IMG/VR virus record: IMGVR_UViG_3300027847_002824
Span: 1-55,640 of that record
Source: a virus
Lineage: Duplodnaviria > Caudoviricetes
Length of the DNA stretch: 55,640 nt
Strand: one strand, 5' to 3'
The translations under genes were made by a program, and so were the position numbers. Positions 46,742-55,181 of the stretch are shown here, piece after piece; the stretch's first letter is position 1; every line of letters starts with the position of its first letter. Under the pieces are notes generated by a model. It saw nothing but the letters and a program-made list of their open reading frames with translations, ran no database searches and had not been told where the DNA came from.

Positions 46742-47790
46742 TGGATCAAACCCAAGGGTTTGTCGATCAATCTTTAGCTACTTGTTACAATTACATTCAC
46801 ACAGGAAGATGTAACAAGGCAATACAGATGTTATCTGTAATTAGAAAAATCGATTCAAACAATCCCATGATTTTGAGATTGCTTGATTTGATTCATGCGC
46901 CTTGTCGTAGCGAAGAAGAGCCGACTCAAGTTATAGACTTTTTTGGGCAGTATTGGGAAGGTCAGTCCCTTGATGGAAAATCCATAGAGATTTTTTGCGA
47001 TCAAGGGATGGGCGACACAATCAATATGCTTCGCTATTTGGATGTGATGAAAGAGGCGTGGGATTGCAAAATTGTCTTAAACAATTATGCCTACTATAAC
47101 GACTTCAAAGAGCTTCTGGAACAAATCCCAGCTATCCATAAATTTACGAACGAACACATCAAGTGTGATTACAACACAAATATATTAAGTATTCCGGCGT
47201 TGCTGAATGGACTTAAACATGCTGTTTACTATCCCGTACATTTTCTGAACTTGCTCGACCAGTCGGATATTCCAACACAGTCGGAGTTAGTACCCATGAA
47301 GGAGGTGAACCACACTTTGGGGAAACCGAGCGTGGGAATATCGTGGAAGAGCAATTCAGAGAATGTTTTATCACAGAAGAAATCTGTTCCAGATGATCAA
47401 CATGAAGATTTTTTAGATTGGTGTGACGACTCTGGGGTTTATTTATATGGAATCCATCCTGATGCTATGTGGCATCCGCTTAAAAACTTATCAGATACAG
47501 CGAGTGCGATAGCTGAAATGGATGTGATAGTGTCTGTAGACACTGTGGTTCTTCACTTGGCTGGAGCAATGGGCAAACCAACTTTTGGATTGTTGCCATT
47601 TGAAGCTGATCCTAGATGGAGCAAGTGTGGCAACAGTGAAGTGATATATGATTTTGGAGAAACCAAGAAATATGAAACTTCTCTCTGGTATCCTTCTGTA
47701 AGAATGTTTAGACAAGAAAAAGAAGGAGATTGGAGTCATCCACTCAATAGGATCAAAGAAGAGCTTGCATCTTTATGTGAGATGAAGTAA
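46741..47790 (+). CDS. glycosyltransferase family 9-like protein with N-terminal TPR-like helices
   Basis: WEGQSLDGKSI, DQGMGDTI, VGISW, DTASAI..MDVIVSVDTVVLHLAGAMGKP, WYPSVRMFRQ. Confidence 0.85.
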   Translation: MDQTQGFVDQSLATCYNYIHTGRCNKAIQMLSVIRKIDSNNPMILRLLDLIHAPCRSEEEPTQVIDFFGQYWEGQSLDGKSIEIFCDQGMGDTINMLRYLDVMKEAWDCKIVLNNYAYYNDFKELLEQIPAIHKFTNEHIKCDYNTNILSIPALLNGLKHAVYYPVHFLNLLDQSDIPTQSELVPMKEVNHTLGKPSVGISWKSNSENVLSQKKSVPDDQHEDFLDWCDDSGVYLYGIHPDAMWHPLKNLSDTASAIAEMDVIVSVDTVVLHLAGAMGKPTFGLLPFEADPRWSKCGNSEVIYDFGETKKYETSLWYPSVRMFRQEKEGDWSHPLNRIKEELASLCEMK

Positions 47791-47793
47791 CAT
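47765..47793 (+). promoter_or_regulatory. sigma70 promoter of spoVR
   Basis: TTGCAT-17 nt-TAACAT. Confidence 0.6.
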
Positions 47794-47830
47794 AAAGATT
47801 CAAGAGTGAGTATATTTAAGGAATTTTAGG

Positions 47831-49432
47831 ATGACTAAATCAAGAATGATGAGCGGCTCTCCCTTGTTGGAGGGTGACAATACAATTCCGGGTCTGAAGA
47901 TCCACAAAGAAGTAAATGATCTCATTCCTCGCATTCATGAAGAGTGTAAGAAGATGGGGTTGGATTACTATCCAACTATTGTCGAGTTTGTCAGATATGA
48001 TGAGATGTCTGAGATCGCTAGTTATGGTGGATTCCCAGTGAGATATCCTCATTGGAAGTGGGGTATGGAATACGAACAAATGGCTCAGGGATACGAGCAC
48101 AATCAGTATCGTATTAGTGAAATGGTCATCAATACCAATCCATGTTACATCTACTGTATGGACTCCAATACGCTTGTCGATAACGTGGATGTAATTTGCC
48201 ATGCTATCGGGCACAATGATTTCTTTAAGAACAATGTGTTCTTTGAGCCAACTGACAATAACATGATGAATAAGTTGGCTAATCATAGCACTCGTATTAG
48301 AAACTACATTGCTCGATGGGGCAGTGAAGTGGTGACTGAATTTATTGATCAATGCTTGAGGGTTGAAACTCTTATTGATTCTCGTATTGCATGGAGAAAA
48401 AAGGAGATTGTGAATGTGAATTTGAAAGACGATAGAGAATATCGTTTTCCTAATCGTCTTACGTCAACTCATGGATACATGGATGAGTGGGTTAACCAAA
48501 AAGATTTCATTGACGAACAACATGAAGAAATTGAGAAAAAGGAAGCTGCTGATTTCTTAGATATTTATGGAAAGCCTACTCGTAATATCATGGGGTACTT
48601 AAAAGATAAAGCTCCAATGAAACCGTGGCAACAAGATATCATTACCATGCTCTATGAAGAGAGTATGTATTTTGCACCACAAAGACAAACTAAGATGATC
48701 AATGAAGGCTGGGCTAGTTTTGTAGACTATCATCTCCTTTGCAGAGAGGGATTAGCATCTCTTGGCCAAGAGAATGAAGCAGACGGTATTTGGCATTACG
48801 CTGAACACAAGATGCGAGTTCTTGGCGGCAAGTACAGCATGAACCCATACAAGCTTGGATACGAAATTCTTTTGGACATCGAAGATCGATGGAACAAAGG
48901 AAAGTTTGGAAGAGAATGGGAAGAGTGCAAGGACATGCAAGAAAAAGAAAACTGGGATAAGAAACTCGGTCTTGGTATGGACAAAGTATTTGACGTTCGT
49001 AAGCACTACAATGATTACACGTTGATTAGTGAGTTTTTCACAAGAGAACTTTGTGAGAAGAAAGAGTTCTTTGAATACAGAAAATTCCCTAATGGGGAAT
49101 GGAAGATAATCAACAGAGATTTTGACTCAATCAAAGCTAACTTGCTTAAGAAGTATCTTAACGGTGGATTGCCTGATATCAGATTAGCTGATCCTAATCA
49201 TCTGGGAAAAGGTTGGTTCTTCTTGCAACATTATGCAGATGGTAGACCGTTGTATGACAAGTACGTCAGGGAAGTTCTTCCATCTATTTACAGGCTATGG
49301 AGAAACGTAGTAGTTATAGCCACGAAGAACATGGATGACGTGGAGTTTGTCTATATTTGTGATGGACCAAATCCAGAGAAAGACATTCACGTAATGGAGC
49401 GAGATGATTACGAAAAGGAATTTATCAAATGA
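47831..49432 (+). CDS. spoVR: SpoVR/YcgB family protein
   Basis: GFPVRYPHWKWG, EMVINTNPC, HAIGHNDFFKNN, YFAPQRQTKMINEGWASF, NPYKLG. Confidence 0.95.
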   Translation: MTKSRMMSGSPLLEGDNTIPGLKIHKEVNDLIPRIHEECKKMGLDYYPTIVEFVRYDEMSEIASYGGFPVRYPHWKWGMEYEQMAQGYEHNQYRISEMVINTNPCYIYCMDSNTLVDNVDVICHAIGHNDFFKNNVFFEPTDNNMMNKLANHSTRIRNYIARWGSEVVTEFIDQCLRVETLIDSRIAWRKKEIVNVNLKDDREYRFPNRLTSTHGYMDEWVNQKDFIDEQHEEIEKKEAADFLDIYGKPTRNIMGYLKDKAPMKPWQQDIITMLYEESMYFAPQRQTKMINEGWASFVDYHLLCREGLASLGQENEADGIWHYAEHKMRVLGGKYSMNPYKLGYEILLDIEDRWNKGKFGREWEECKDMQEKENWDKKLGLGMDKVFDVRKHYNDYTLISEFFTRELCEKKEFFEYRKFPNGEWKIINRDFDSIKANLLKKYLNGGLPDIRLADPNHLGKGWFFLQHYADGRPLYDKYVREVLPSIYRLWRNVVVIATKNMDDVEFVYICDGPNPEKDIHVMERDDYEKEFIK

Positions 49433-49794
49433 CAGAAACTAAAAAGTTAAGCCGCAAGGCTAAGAATCGTGCTCAAAAAGAAGCATCTGGTGTCACTAAA
49501 AAGAGACCCAGAAGGGTTTCTGCAACACAAAAATTGCGTCGGAAAGAGAATTTGAAAGCAAAGAAAAAGATTGCCGCCGAAAAGCGTGAAGTCCAAATGC
49601 TTGAGCATCTTGTCAAAAATGGCTGGACTCGCAGTGGATTAAAGAACGATGTCTGGACTCTTGGAGCTTGGAAAGACGGTTTTGAGGACTGCAAGACCAG
49701 TTTGTGTAAAGCTTATAGAATTCAACTGAAGCTTGATAGCGAAGGTTATGAGAGACCACAGGGTATGGATGATGACTTGATGGACAACCTTTAA
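49429..49794 (+). CDS. hypothetical basic protein
   Basis: ATGA coupling; Lys/Arg-rich N-terminus. Confidence 0.7.
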   Translation: MTETKKLSRKAKNRAQKEASGVTKKRPRRVSATQKLRRKENLKAKKKIAAEKREVQMLEHLVKNGWTRSGLKNDVWTLGAWKDGFEDCKTSLCKAYRIQLKLDSEGYERPQGMDDDLMDNL

Positions 49795-50264
49795 TTCCCG
49801 AAGGTGCCCGGACCTTGTTGTTGCTGGTTTTGTCCAGTCTGAGGCACCATGTTTGGATGTTGTTGCATCATTTTAAGATACTCTTCGTCGCCCCCGTCGT
49901 TGCCAAGTCCTTCGTCTTCGCCGTCGTCTGGGATTTCGTCTGCCATTTTAATTTGATCCCAGTTTTGTTTAAGATCATCCCACATCTGCTTGAACTTGTT
50001 AATCTTGGGGGTATCGGCGTCATCTCCATCAGGAAGACCCATATCCATGTGCTCGATGTCAGAATCTATGGCAAGGATGCGATCTTGTTCTTTTTTTGAT
50101 TTTGTTTCGATTTCTTGAGAATCGACCTGTGGTTGTAGGTTTGTACGCTTTACTTCGTCAGAAGCAGTGGTACCAGTGTTCTTATTAACCATAGGAGGAG
50201 CCATTTCAGGGCTAGCAGCACCTAAACTTGCCTCGTCTTCCATCCATTGTTTGAAGTTTGCCAT
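49791..50264 (-). CDS. acidic protein with MANFKQWMEDE N-terminus (candidate internal virion protein)
   Basis: TACATA 4 nt upstream; CTS-like motif. Confidence 0.75.
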   Translation of the reverse strand: MANFKQWMEDEASLGAASPEMAPPMVNKNTGTTASDEVKRTNLQPQVDSQEIETKSKKEQDRILAIDSDIEHMDMGLPDGDDADTPKINKFKQMWDDLKQNWDQIKMADEIPDDGEDEGLGNDGGDEEYLKMMQQHPNMVPQTGQNQQQQGPGTFGN

Positions 50265-50333
50265 ACTTTATGTATTTCTCTAACTTGATTTTTCTATTAT
50301 ACTGTAGAGACAATTCTAATTTTTGGAGGACAC

Positions 50334-51005
50334 ATGGCAAGACAGAGCAAAGATCAAGTTCTTTATGATGCTCACACTCATGCTGTAAATCTTAATTTAC
50401 GTGACATATATCTTCACAGCTATTATGTTAAAGACGATGAATCCGAGCCGGGCGTGGAGTATAGACAAGCTACCACGTTCATAAAGAATTTGCATATAAT
50501 GGATCAAGGGGTTGATCCAAAGCCTATTTTGGTACACCTTCATTCTGATGGTGGTTGCTGGAACAACGGAATGGCTATTTTCAATTCTGTACAATTTTCC
50601 CGATCCTACATTACGATGTTGTGTTACTCACAAGCGTCTTCAATGAGCGGAATAATCCTTCAGTCCCCTCAGTTAAGAATCATGATGCCAGATTGTCATT
50701 TTATGATGCACCATGGATCAGGAGGATATGAAGGACATCCATTTGCTGTAAAGACGGCGGCAGATTTTGACATCATGGCCTGCAAACGGATGTTGACTAT
50801 TTTTGCAGAACGGGCTATAAAAGGTCCGTACTTTGCTAAAAGAAAGTCAACAACGGTTGAGTCTGTGTACAGATTCTTCGATAAGAAGATTAAGGACAAG
50901 ATAGATTGGTTTCTGGATGCTGAAGAAGCAGTCTTTTATGGACTTGCAGATGCAGTTTTAGGATCGAAAGATTATCCAGATGTTCAATCGTTAAGAGAGG
51001 AATGA
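50334..51005 (+). CDS. clpP: ClpP-like serine protease
   Basis: HSDGG, ASSMS (Ser), FMMHH (His), DWFLDAEEAVFYGLAD (Asp). Confidence 0.88.
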   Translation: MARQSKDQVLYDAHTHAVNLNLRDIYLHSYYVKDDESEPGVEYRQATTFIKNLHIMDQGVDPKPILVHLHSDGGCWNNGMAIFNSVQFSRSYITMLCYSQASSMSGIILQSPQLRIMMPDCHFMMHHGSGGYEGHPFAVKTAADFDIMACKRMLTIFAERAIKGPYFAKRKSTTVESVYRFFDKKIKDKIDWFLDAEEAVFYGLADAVLGSKDYPDVQSLREE

Positions 51006-51009
51006 TGAG

Positions 51010-51762
51010 ATGCCAGAGGCGAACAAGAACTCCAGTTACCGTACACGTTATGAGGAATCGAGATGGGTTACGAATCACTTGATTGGGATTCTTGCGGCTC
51101 GAAATCATTTTCATGATGTTAAACCAGCCACTACAGAACAAGACAAGCAAGGACTGGATTACTGGTGCCAGTTTGAATCAGGTGGGTTATGGATTCCTAA
51201 TCAGTTCAAGTTGCGTGTGGCAGGTAAAGATGGACAAAGAGATTGTCCAGTAGTTTTTCGACAGCCTTTTTTTGGGTGCGATGTTGGCTACAGCAATAAA
51301 TCCAATGTCGGACTTAACAAACTGGGACGTGATTATGTTGCCATTGTTAATGGAAAAAACAAGCTTTATTACGTTGCTGTGAAGAATGCCAATACTGGTC
51401 TTTATGATGAAATTTACATCATCAGAACTGTGATCTTGAAGAAGATCATCACTCGGTTGGAATCAGAGTGGATCAATCAGACACAATTTGATACTTGTGA
51501 AGGACTCGAAGTTCGCAATCCCTTCTACACATATTCTGAAGGAAAATTGACCAGAGAGAGATTGAATCAAACTGGCAACATAAACGCTGTTGCATATTCC
51601 AATGATGAGGGACAAGTTTGGCTGCAAAAGGTTGGGAACGAGAGATTCCATAAAATCAATTGTTATGTTAAAGAATCTTTGAAAGAAAAATCTTTTAAGA
51701 TTGATCAAAGAGATGCAGAAATACTTAACCGAGAATTTCTTTCATGGAGGAAAGAACGATGA
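51010..51762 (+). CDS. hypothetical protein, possible nuclease fold
   Basis: QDKQGLDYW...NQFKLR resembles a D..QxK variant. Confidence 0.6.
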   Translation: MPEANKNSSYRTRYEESRWVTNHLIGILAARNHFHDVKPATTEQDKQGLDYWCQFESGGLWIPNQFKLRVAGKDGQRDCPVVFRQPFFGCDVGYSNKSNVGLNKLGRDYVAIVNGKNKLYYVAVKNANTGLYDEIYIIRTVILKKIITRLESEWINQTQFDTCEGLEVRNPFYTYSEGKLTRERLNQTGNINAVAYSNDEGQVWLQKVGNERFHKINCYVKESLKEKSFKIDQRDAEILNREFLSWRKER

Positions 51763-51965
51763 ACCTTCCAGCTAACATTTTACTGAGTGACGAGTTCGCA
51801 GAATTCTCTGGCAAAGTAACTGCTTTGCATGAGAGGAAGAAAGAACTCAATGCAGAGTTTAAGAAGATTTATGAAAGTCATAAATCTGCCGTAGCTGCTA
51901 TTGACGCAGAAGCCGTTGCGCTGCAAAATGACTTTGCAAAACCGGACTCAGAAGAGGAGAAGTAA
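51759..51965 (+). CDS. small coiled-coil protein
   Basis: GGAGG RBS; heptad pattern. Confidence 0.7.
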   Translation: MNLPANILLSDEFAEFSGKVTALHERKKELNAEFKKIYESHKSAVAAIDAEAVALQNDFAKPDSEEEK

Positions 51966-52238
51966 ATGGGATGTTTACTTGCTATAATTTCATTGATGAT
52001 GCCAAGGTTTGTGCTGATCGTCATTGCGATAGCAACTGACTGGATCGGTCAAGCTTATGACGAAATGGTTTGGCCGATACTTGGATGGATGTTTATGCCA
52101 TATACCACAATAGCTTATATGGCAGCTATGTTGAACAATGATCATCAAGTTAGCGGTGGATGGCTGGTGTTAATGATAGTCGCTGTGCTGTTTGATCTTG
52201 GTGGTCAAGGAAGCAGCGTTTCAAGTAGTTCTGATTAA
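51966..52238 (+). CDS. small membrane protein
   Basis: Three hydrophobic segments; WPILGWMFMPYTT. Confidence 0.75.
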   Translation: MGCLLAIISLMMPRFVLIVIAIATDWIGQAYDEMVWPILGWMFMPYTTIAYMAAMLNNDHQVSGGWLVLMIVAVLFDLGGQGSSVSSSSD

Positions 52239-52253
52239 CGACAAGGATGTCAC

Positions 52254-53642
52254 ATGCACCACCCCATTACCGGATTTGAGCATATTCACAGACACTCTGA
52301 CTTCTCGCTCATGGATGGCTTTGCCAAGGTCCATGAGTATGCCGAGAGACAGAAGGAAATCAATCAGAAGTTTCTGTGCATTACAGATCATGGTGTGATG
52401 GGTGCGGTGCCACAGCAAGTGAAGGAGTGCGAGAAGCATAACCTTTTCCCGATGTTTGGCTGTGAGCTTTATGTTAACTCGATGCAACCAAAAGTTGAGA
52501 ATCGATACCAATCAGCAGAATTCAGAAAAAGTCTTGGCAACGGGGTTGATAAAAAGTCCCCCGAGCAAGCCAAGTTTGATAAATCATCTCATCTTCTTGC
52601 AGTTGCTTATACGAACGAAGGATATAAAAACCTTGTTCGCTTAACCTCTTGGTCTTGGATTCACGGATACTACCGTAAGCCCAGAGTCAACCATGATGTC
52701 CTCATGCAATACAAAGAGGGCATTATCTTTACCAGCACATGTGGCAACAGCGAGATTGCCAACGCTCTCTTTAATGAAGGAGAAGATGCAGCGTTCCAAA
52801 TGTTGGAAAAGTACATCGCTATGTTTTCGCCGAACTTCTATCTTGAGTTGATGATGCTCGATTGGAAGATGCAGAAACCATACGATATATTTCTCATTAA
52901 AGCTCACGAAAAGTATGGCCTGCCAATCATCATGACACAGGATTGTCACTACTGCAAGAAAGAGCACAGCCACAATCAACGGCTGCAACTCATGCAGCAG
53001 AATCGGCGTACCATTCAAGAGATCAATGCCTTGATCGAGTCTGGTGAGGCTGACGATTTGTTTGAACTTCAAGATGAAAATCTTTGGCTTAAGTCAGAAG
53101 ATGAACTTAATGCTAAATGGGAGCTTGATTACAAGGATGTTATTGATTACGAACTTTTCAAACAATCTAAATCAAATACTGTGGCTTTGTGTGAAAGAGC
53201 CAAAGGTGTTGAAATTGATCGAACCATCAAGCTTCCTAAAGTTCCAGATGCCGATGTGGTGCTTATGGAAGAGATTAAAAAAGGTTTCGTTGCTCGCCAT
53301 TGTCCACGAACTCCAGTGTACTCTAAGAGAATTCAAGAAGAGTATGAGTTGATTTGTGAGAAGGGTTTCGCTTCTTACTTCATTGTTCAGAAGATGATGA
53401 CAGACGAAGCACGATCAGAAGGGCCTAAGATCATTGGTTTTGGAGATGGTTCTGAAGCTGTCGGGCCGGGTCGAGGTAGCCAGTGTGGATCGCTGATTGC
53501 TTATTGTCTTCGGCTTCATGATGTCGAACCGATCATTCATGACTTAAGATTTTCTCGATTTTTGTCACCGGCTCGTGGTGGTAAGCAGCAGAAGATCAGA
53601 CATTCAATTGAACCTATTGCACATGAGGAGGTGCCATTATGA
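52254..53642 (+). CDS. dnaE: DNA polymerase III alpha subunit, N-terminal part (PHP domain plus start of palm)
   Basis: HIHRHSDFSLMDG, ITDHG, GCELY, GYKNLVRL, YYRKPR, DCHY, GPGRGSQCGSLIAYCL, FSRFLSPAR; ends before PDIDxD. Confidence 0.9.
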   Translation: MHHPITGFEHIHRHSDFSLMDGFAKVHEYAERQKEINQKFLCITDHGVMGAVPQQVKECEKHNLFPMFGCELYVNSMQPKVENRYQSAEFRKSLGNGVDKKSPEQAKFDKSSHLLAVAYTNEGYKNLVRLTSWSWIHGYYRKPRVNHDVLMQYKEGIIFTSTCGNSEIANALFNEGEDAAFQMLEKYIAMFSPNFYLELMMLDWKMQKPYDIFLIKAHEKYGLPIIMTQDCHYCKKEHSHNQRLQLMQQNRRTIQEINALIESGEADDLFELQDENLWLKSEDELNAKWELDYKDVIDYELFKQSKSNTVALCERAKGVEIDRTIKLPKVPDADVVLMEEIKKGFVARHCPRTPVYSKRIQEEYELICEKGFASYFIVQKMMTDEARSEGPKIIGFGDGSEAVGPGRGSQCGSLIAYCLRLHDVEPIIHDLRFSRFLSPARGGKQQKIRHSIEPIAHEEVPL

Positions 53643-53867
53643 CAGACGAAAGAGTAACTAAAAGAGATATTGAAAAGCTGAGATCATATAATGGCTCAGA
53701 GACAGAGGCCGCTAGGATTGTAGCTTTAGGCAATTAGGCAATTAGGCAATTTGGCCATCGCACAAGCTATTGATCGCTTGACCAAGCAAGTCAAGCGAGT
53801 CATTGATACTGAAATGCCACCTGAATCTAAAGATGGAAAGGCTGGCTGGGAAGATTTTAACTCTTGA
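53639..53867 (+). pseudogene. 70-aa ORF interrupted by an 8-bp tandem repeat expansion
   Basis: GAGGAGG RBS; removing two TTAGGCAA copies restores a continuous frame to TGA 53867. Confidence 0.6.
53726..53751 (+). repeat. 8-bp tandem repeat x3 (TTAGGCAA)
   Basis: Three perfect copies. Confidence 0.9.
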
Positions 53868-53879
53868 AAGTTACTTGAG

Positions 53880-53987
53880 ATGTTTGCTTTCTTAGCTTTA
53901 ATATTTTTTCTGAATGGAGATTCAGAAACCGGGTTTTTATTTCTTATATTATGGCTCTTATTTGAGTCAGGAGGAGACGACGAATGA
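53880..53987 (+). CDS. 35-aa hydrophobic micro-protein
   Basis: MFAFLALIFFLNGDSETGFLFLILWLLFESGGDDE; ATGA overlap with next gene. Confidence 0.4.
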   Translation: MFAFLALIFFLNGDSETGFLFLILWLLFESGGDDE

Positions 53988-54325
53988 GTACAGTACATGT
54001 AAACGGAAGAGTCATAGAAGTCCCAGATGGCTCTAGCATCAACATTATGGGGAACAAGCTGTATGTGAATGGCTTGGAGTGGGAAGGCGACGACGGAGGC
54101 GATGGGCGTCTTAATGGCGTTGTCAGAGTGGAACTGTCTGGAGACATCAAAGAAGTGAAGACAGATTCCTCTTTGCATGTTCATGGCGACATTAAAGGGG
54201 CTGTATCAGTCGGCGGCTCTGTCAAATGTGAAAATATCACAGGTCATGTAAAGGCCGGTGGTTCTGTCACATGTAAAGATGTGGCTGGCAGTGTCACTGC
54301 TGCTGGATCAGTTATGAGACTTTGA
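53984..54325 (+). CDS. beta-helix repeat protein (bactofilin-like)
   Basis: Repeats GDIKGAVSVGGSVKC / NITGHVKAGGSVTC / DVAGSVTAAGSV; AGGAGG RBS. Confidence 0.7.
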   Translation: MSTVHVNGRVIEVPDGSSINIMGNKLYVNGLEWEGDDGGDGRLNGVVRVELSGDIKEVKTDSSLHVHGDIKGAVSVGGSVKCENITGHVKAGGSVTCKDVAGSVTAAGSVMRL

Positions 54326-54352
54326 AACATAAAATTTGGATTGGAGGCAAGG

Positions 54353-54703
54353 ATGCCAAGTACACTAGACGATTACGAAGAGTTTGTGTTAAGATTAGCT
54401 TCTCCTCAATCTACGGAAACGCCAGAGATGCAATTGGTGCTAGGTGGACTGGGATTGTGTGGTGAAGCTGGTGAATTCGCTGATCATGTGAAGAAGGTTG
54501 TTTTCCATGGTCAGGAAATTAACAAAGAAGAAGCTGTCAAAGAACTGGGTGATGTAATGTGGTATCTGGCGTTTGCCGCTAGAACCATTGGGAGCAGCTT
54601 GCAAGAGGTTATTGATGGTAATGTTAAAAAGCTTTCTGATCGTTACCCAGATGGGGTATTTGATCAAAGTCGATCTCATGCGCAAGGAGAAGAAAGCGAG
54701 TGA
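54353..54703 (+). CDS. mazG: MazG-like nucleotide pyrophosphohydrolase
   Basis: GEAGEFADHVKK, KELGDVMWY, NVKKLSDRYP. Confidence 0.9.
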   Translation: MPSTLDDYEEFVLRLASPQSTETPEMQLVLGGLGLCGEAGEFADHVKKVVFHGQEINKEEAVKELGDVMWYLAFAARTIGSSLQEVIDGNVKKLSDRYPDGVFDQSRSHAQGEESE

Positions 54704-54706
54704 CCC

Positions 54707-55132
54707 ATGCTCGATATGATTTTTCAGTTCATGGGATACACATTCGCTTTTTGGATGGCATGGAAAGTTTTTGATGGCATTTATCACAGGCTCAAGGGAG
54801 ATGTGGGTTCTTGTTATCCATGTGGCAAAAAGGGCCTTGAGATCATCAGGCTTAACGCTTTGGTCGAAAGATTGACTCGTGAAAAGAAAGAAATGGAATC
54901 TACCAATTCTTTTCAAGAAAAAGATGAGATCATAGCTATCAAAATTCTAAATGTCGCAGGCCAAGGCACAATTGAAGACATTTATGGAATTGGGCCAATG
55001 AAAGCCAAGAGATTAGTTGAGGCTAGGCCATTTTACTCATACAAAGATGTTGAAAAAGTGGTGCCGGGCTTCAGGTCAACTATTATTGCTTGGGCAAAAA
55101 GGTGGGAACGGAGTTTTTCTCAGGTTCATTAA
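54707..55132 (+). CDS. membrane-anchored helix-hairpin-helix protein (ComEA-like)
   Basis: N-terminal TM; LNVA...IYGIGPMKAKRLVEARPFYSYKDV. Confidence 0.7.
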   Translation: MLDMIFQFMGYTFAFWMAWKVFDGIYHRLKGDVGSCYPCGKKGLEIIRLNALVERLTREKKEMESTNSFQEKDEIIAIKILNVAGQGTIEDIYGIGPMKAKRLVEARPFYSYKDVEKVVPGFRSTIIAWAKRWERSFSQVH

Positions 55133-55181
55133 ATTGCCATGGTAGACGTAAATAGTTTAGCCAATTTAAGCAGGAGGAGAG

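Noticed and set aside
43297-49432. Interpreting the window as a bacterial chromosome because of prkA, glpX, hldE and clpP
   Set aside because: These genes are interspersed with gp32-, gp41-, UvsY- and gp4-like genes, HNHs and many short orphans, with no cellular operon context
53570-53665. Possible frameshift continuation of dnaE (alternative frame reads SDIQLN, vaguely like PDIDLD)
   Set aside because: Lacks the second catalytic Asp, hits a stop within ~20 codons, and no downstream DnaE sequence follows
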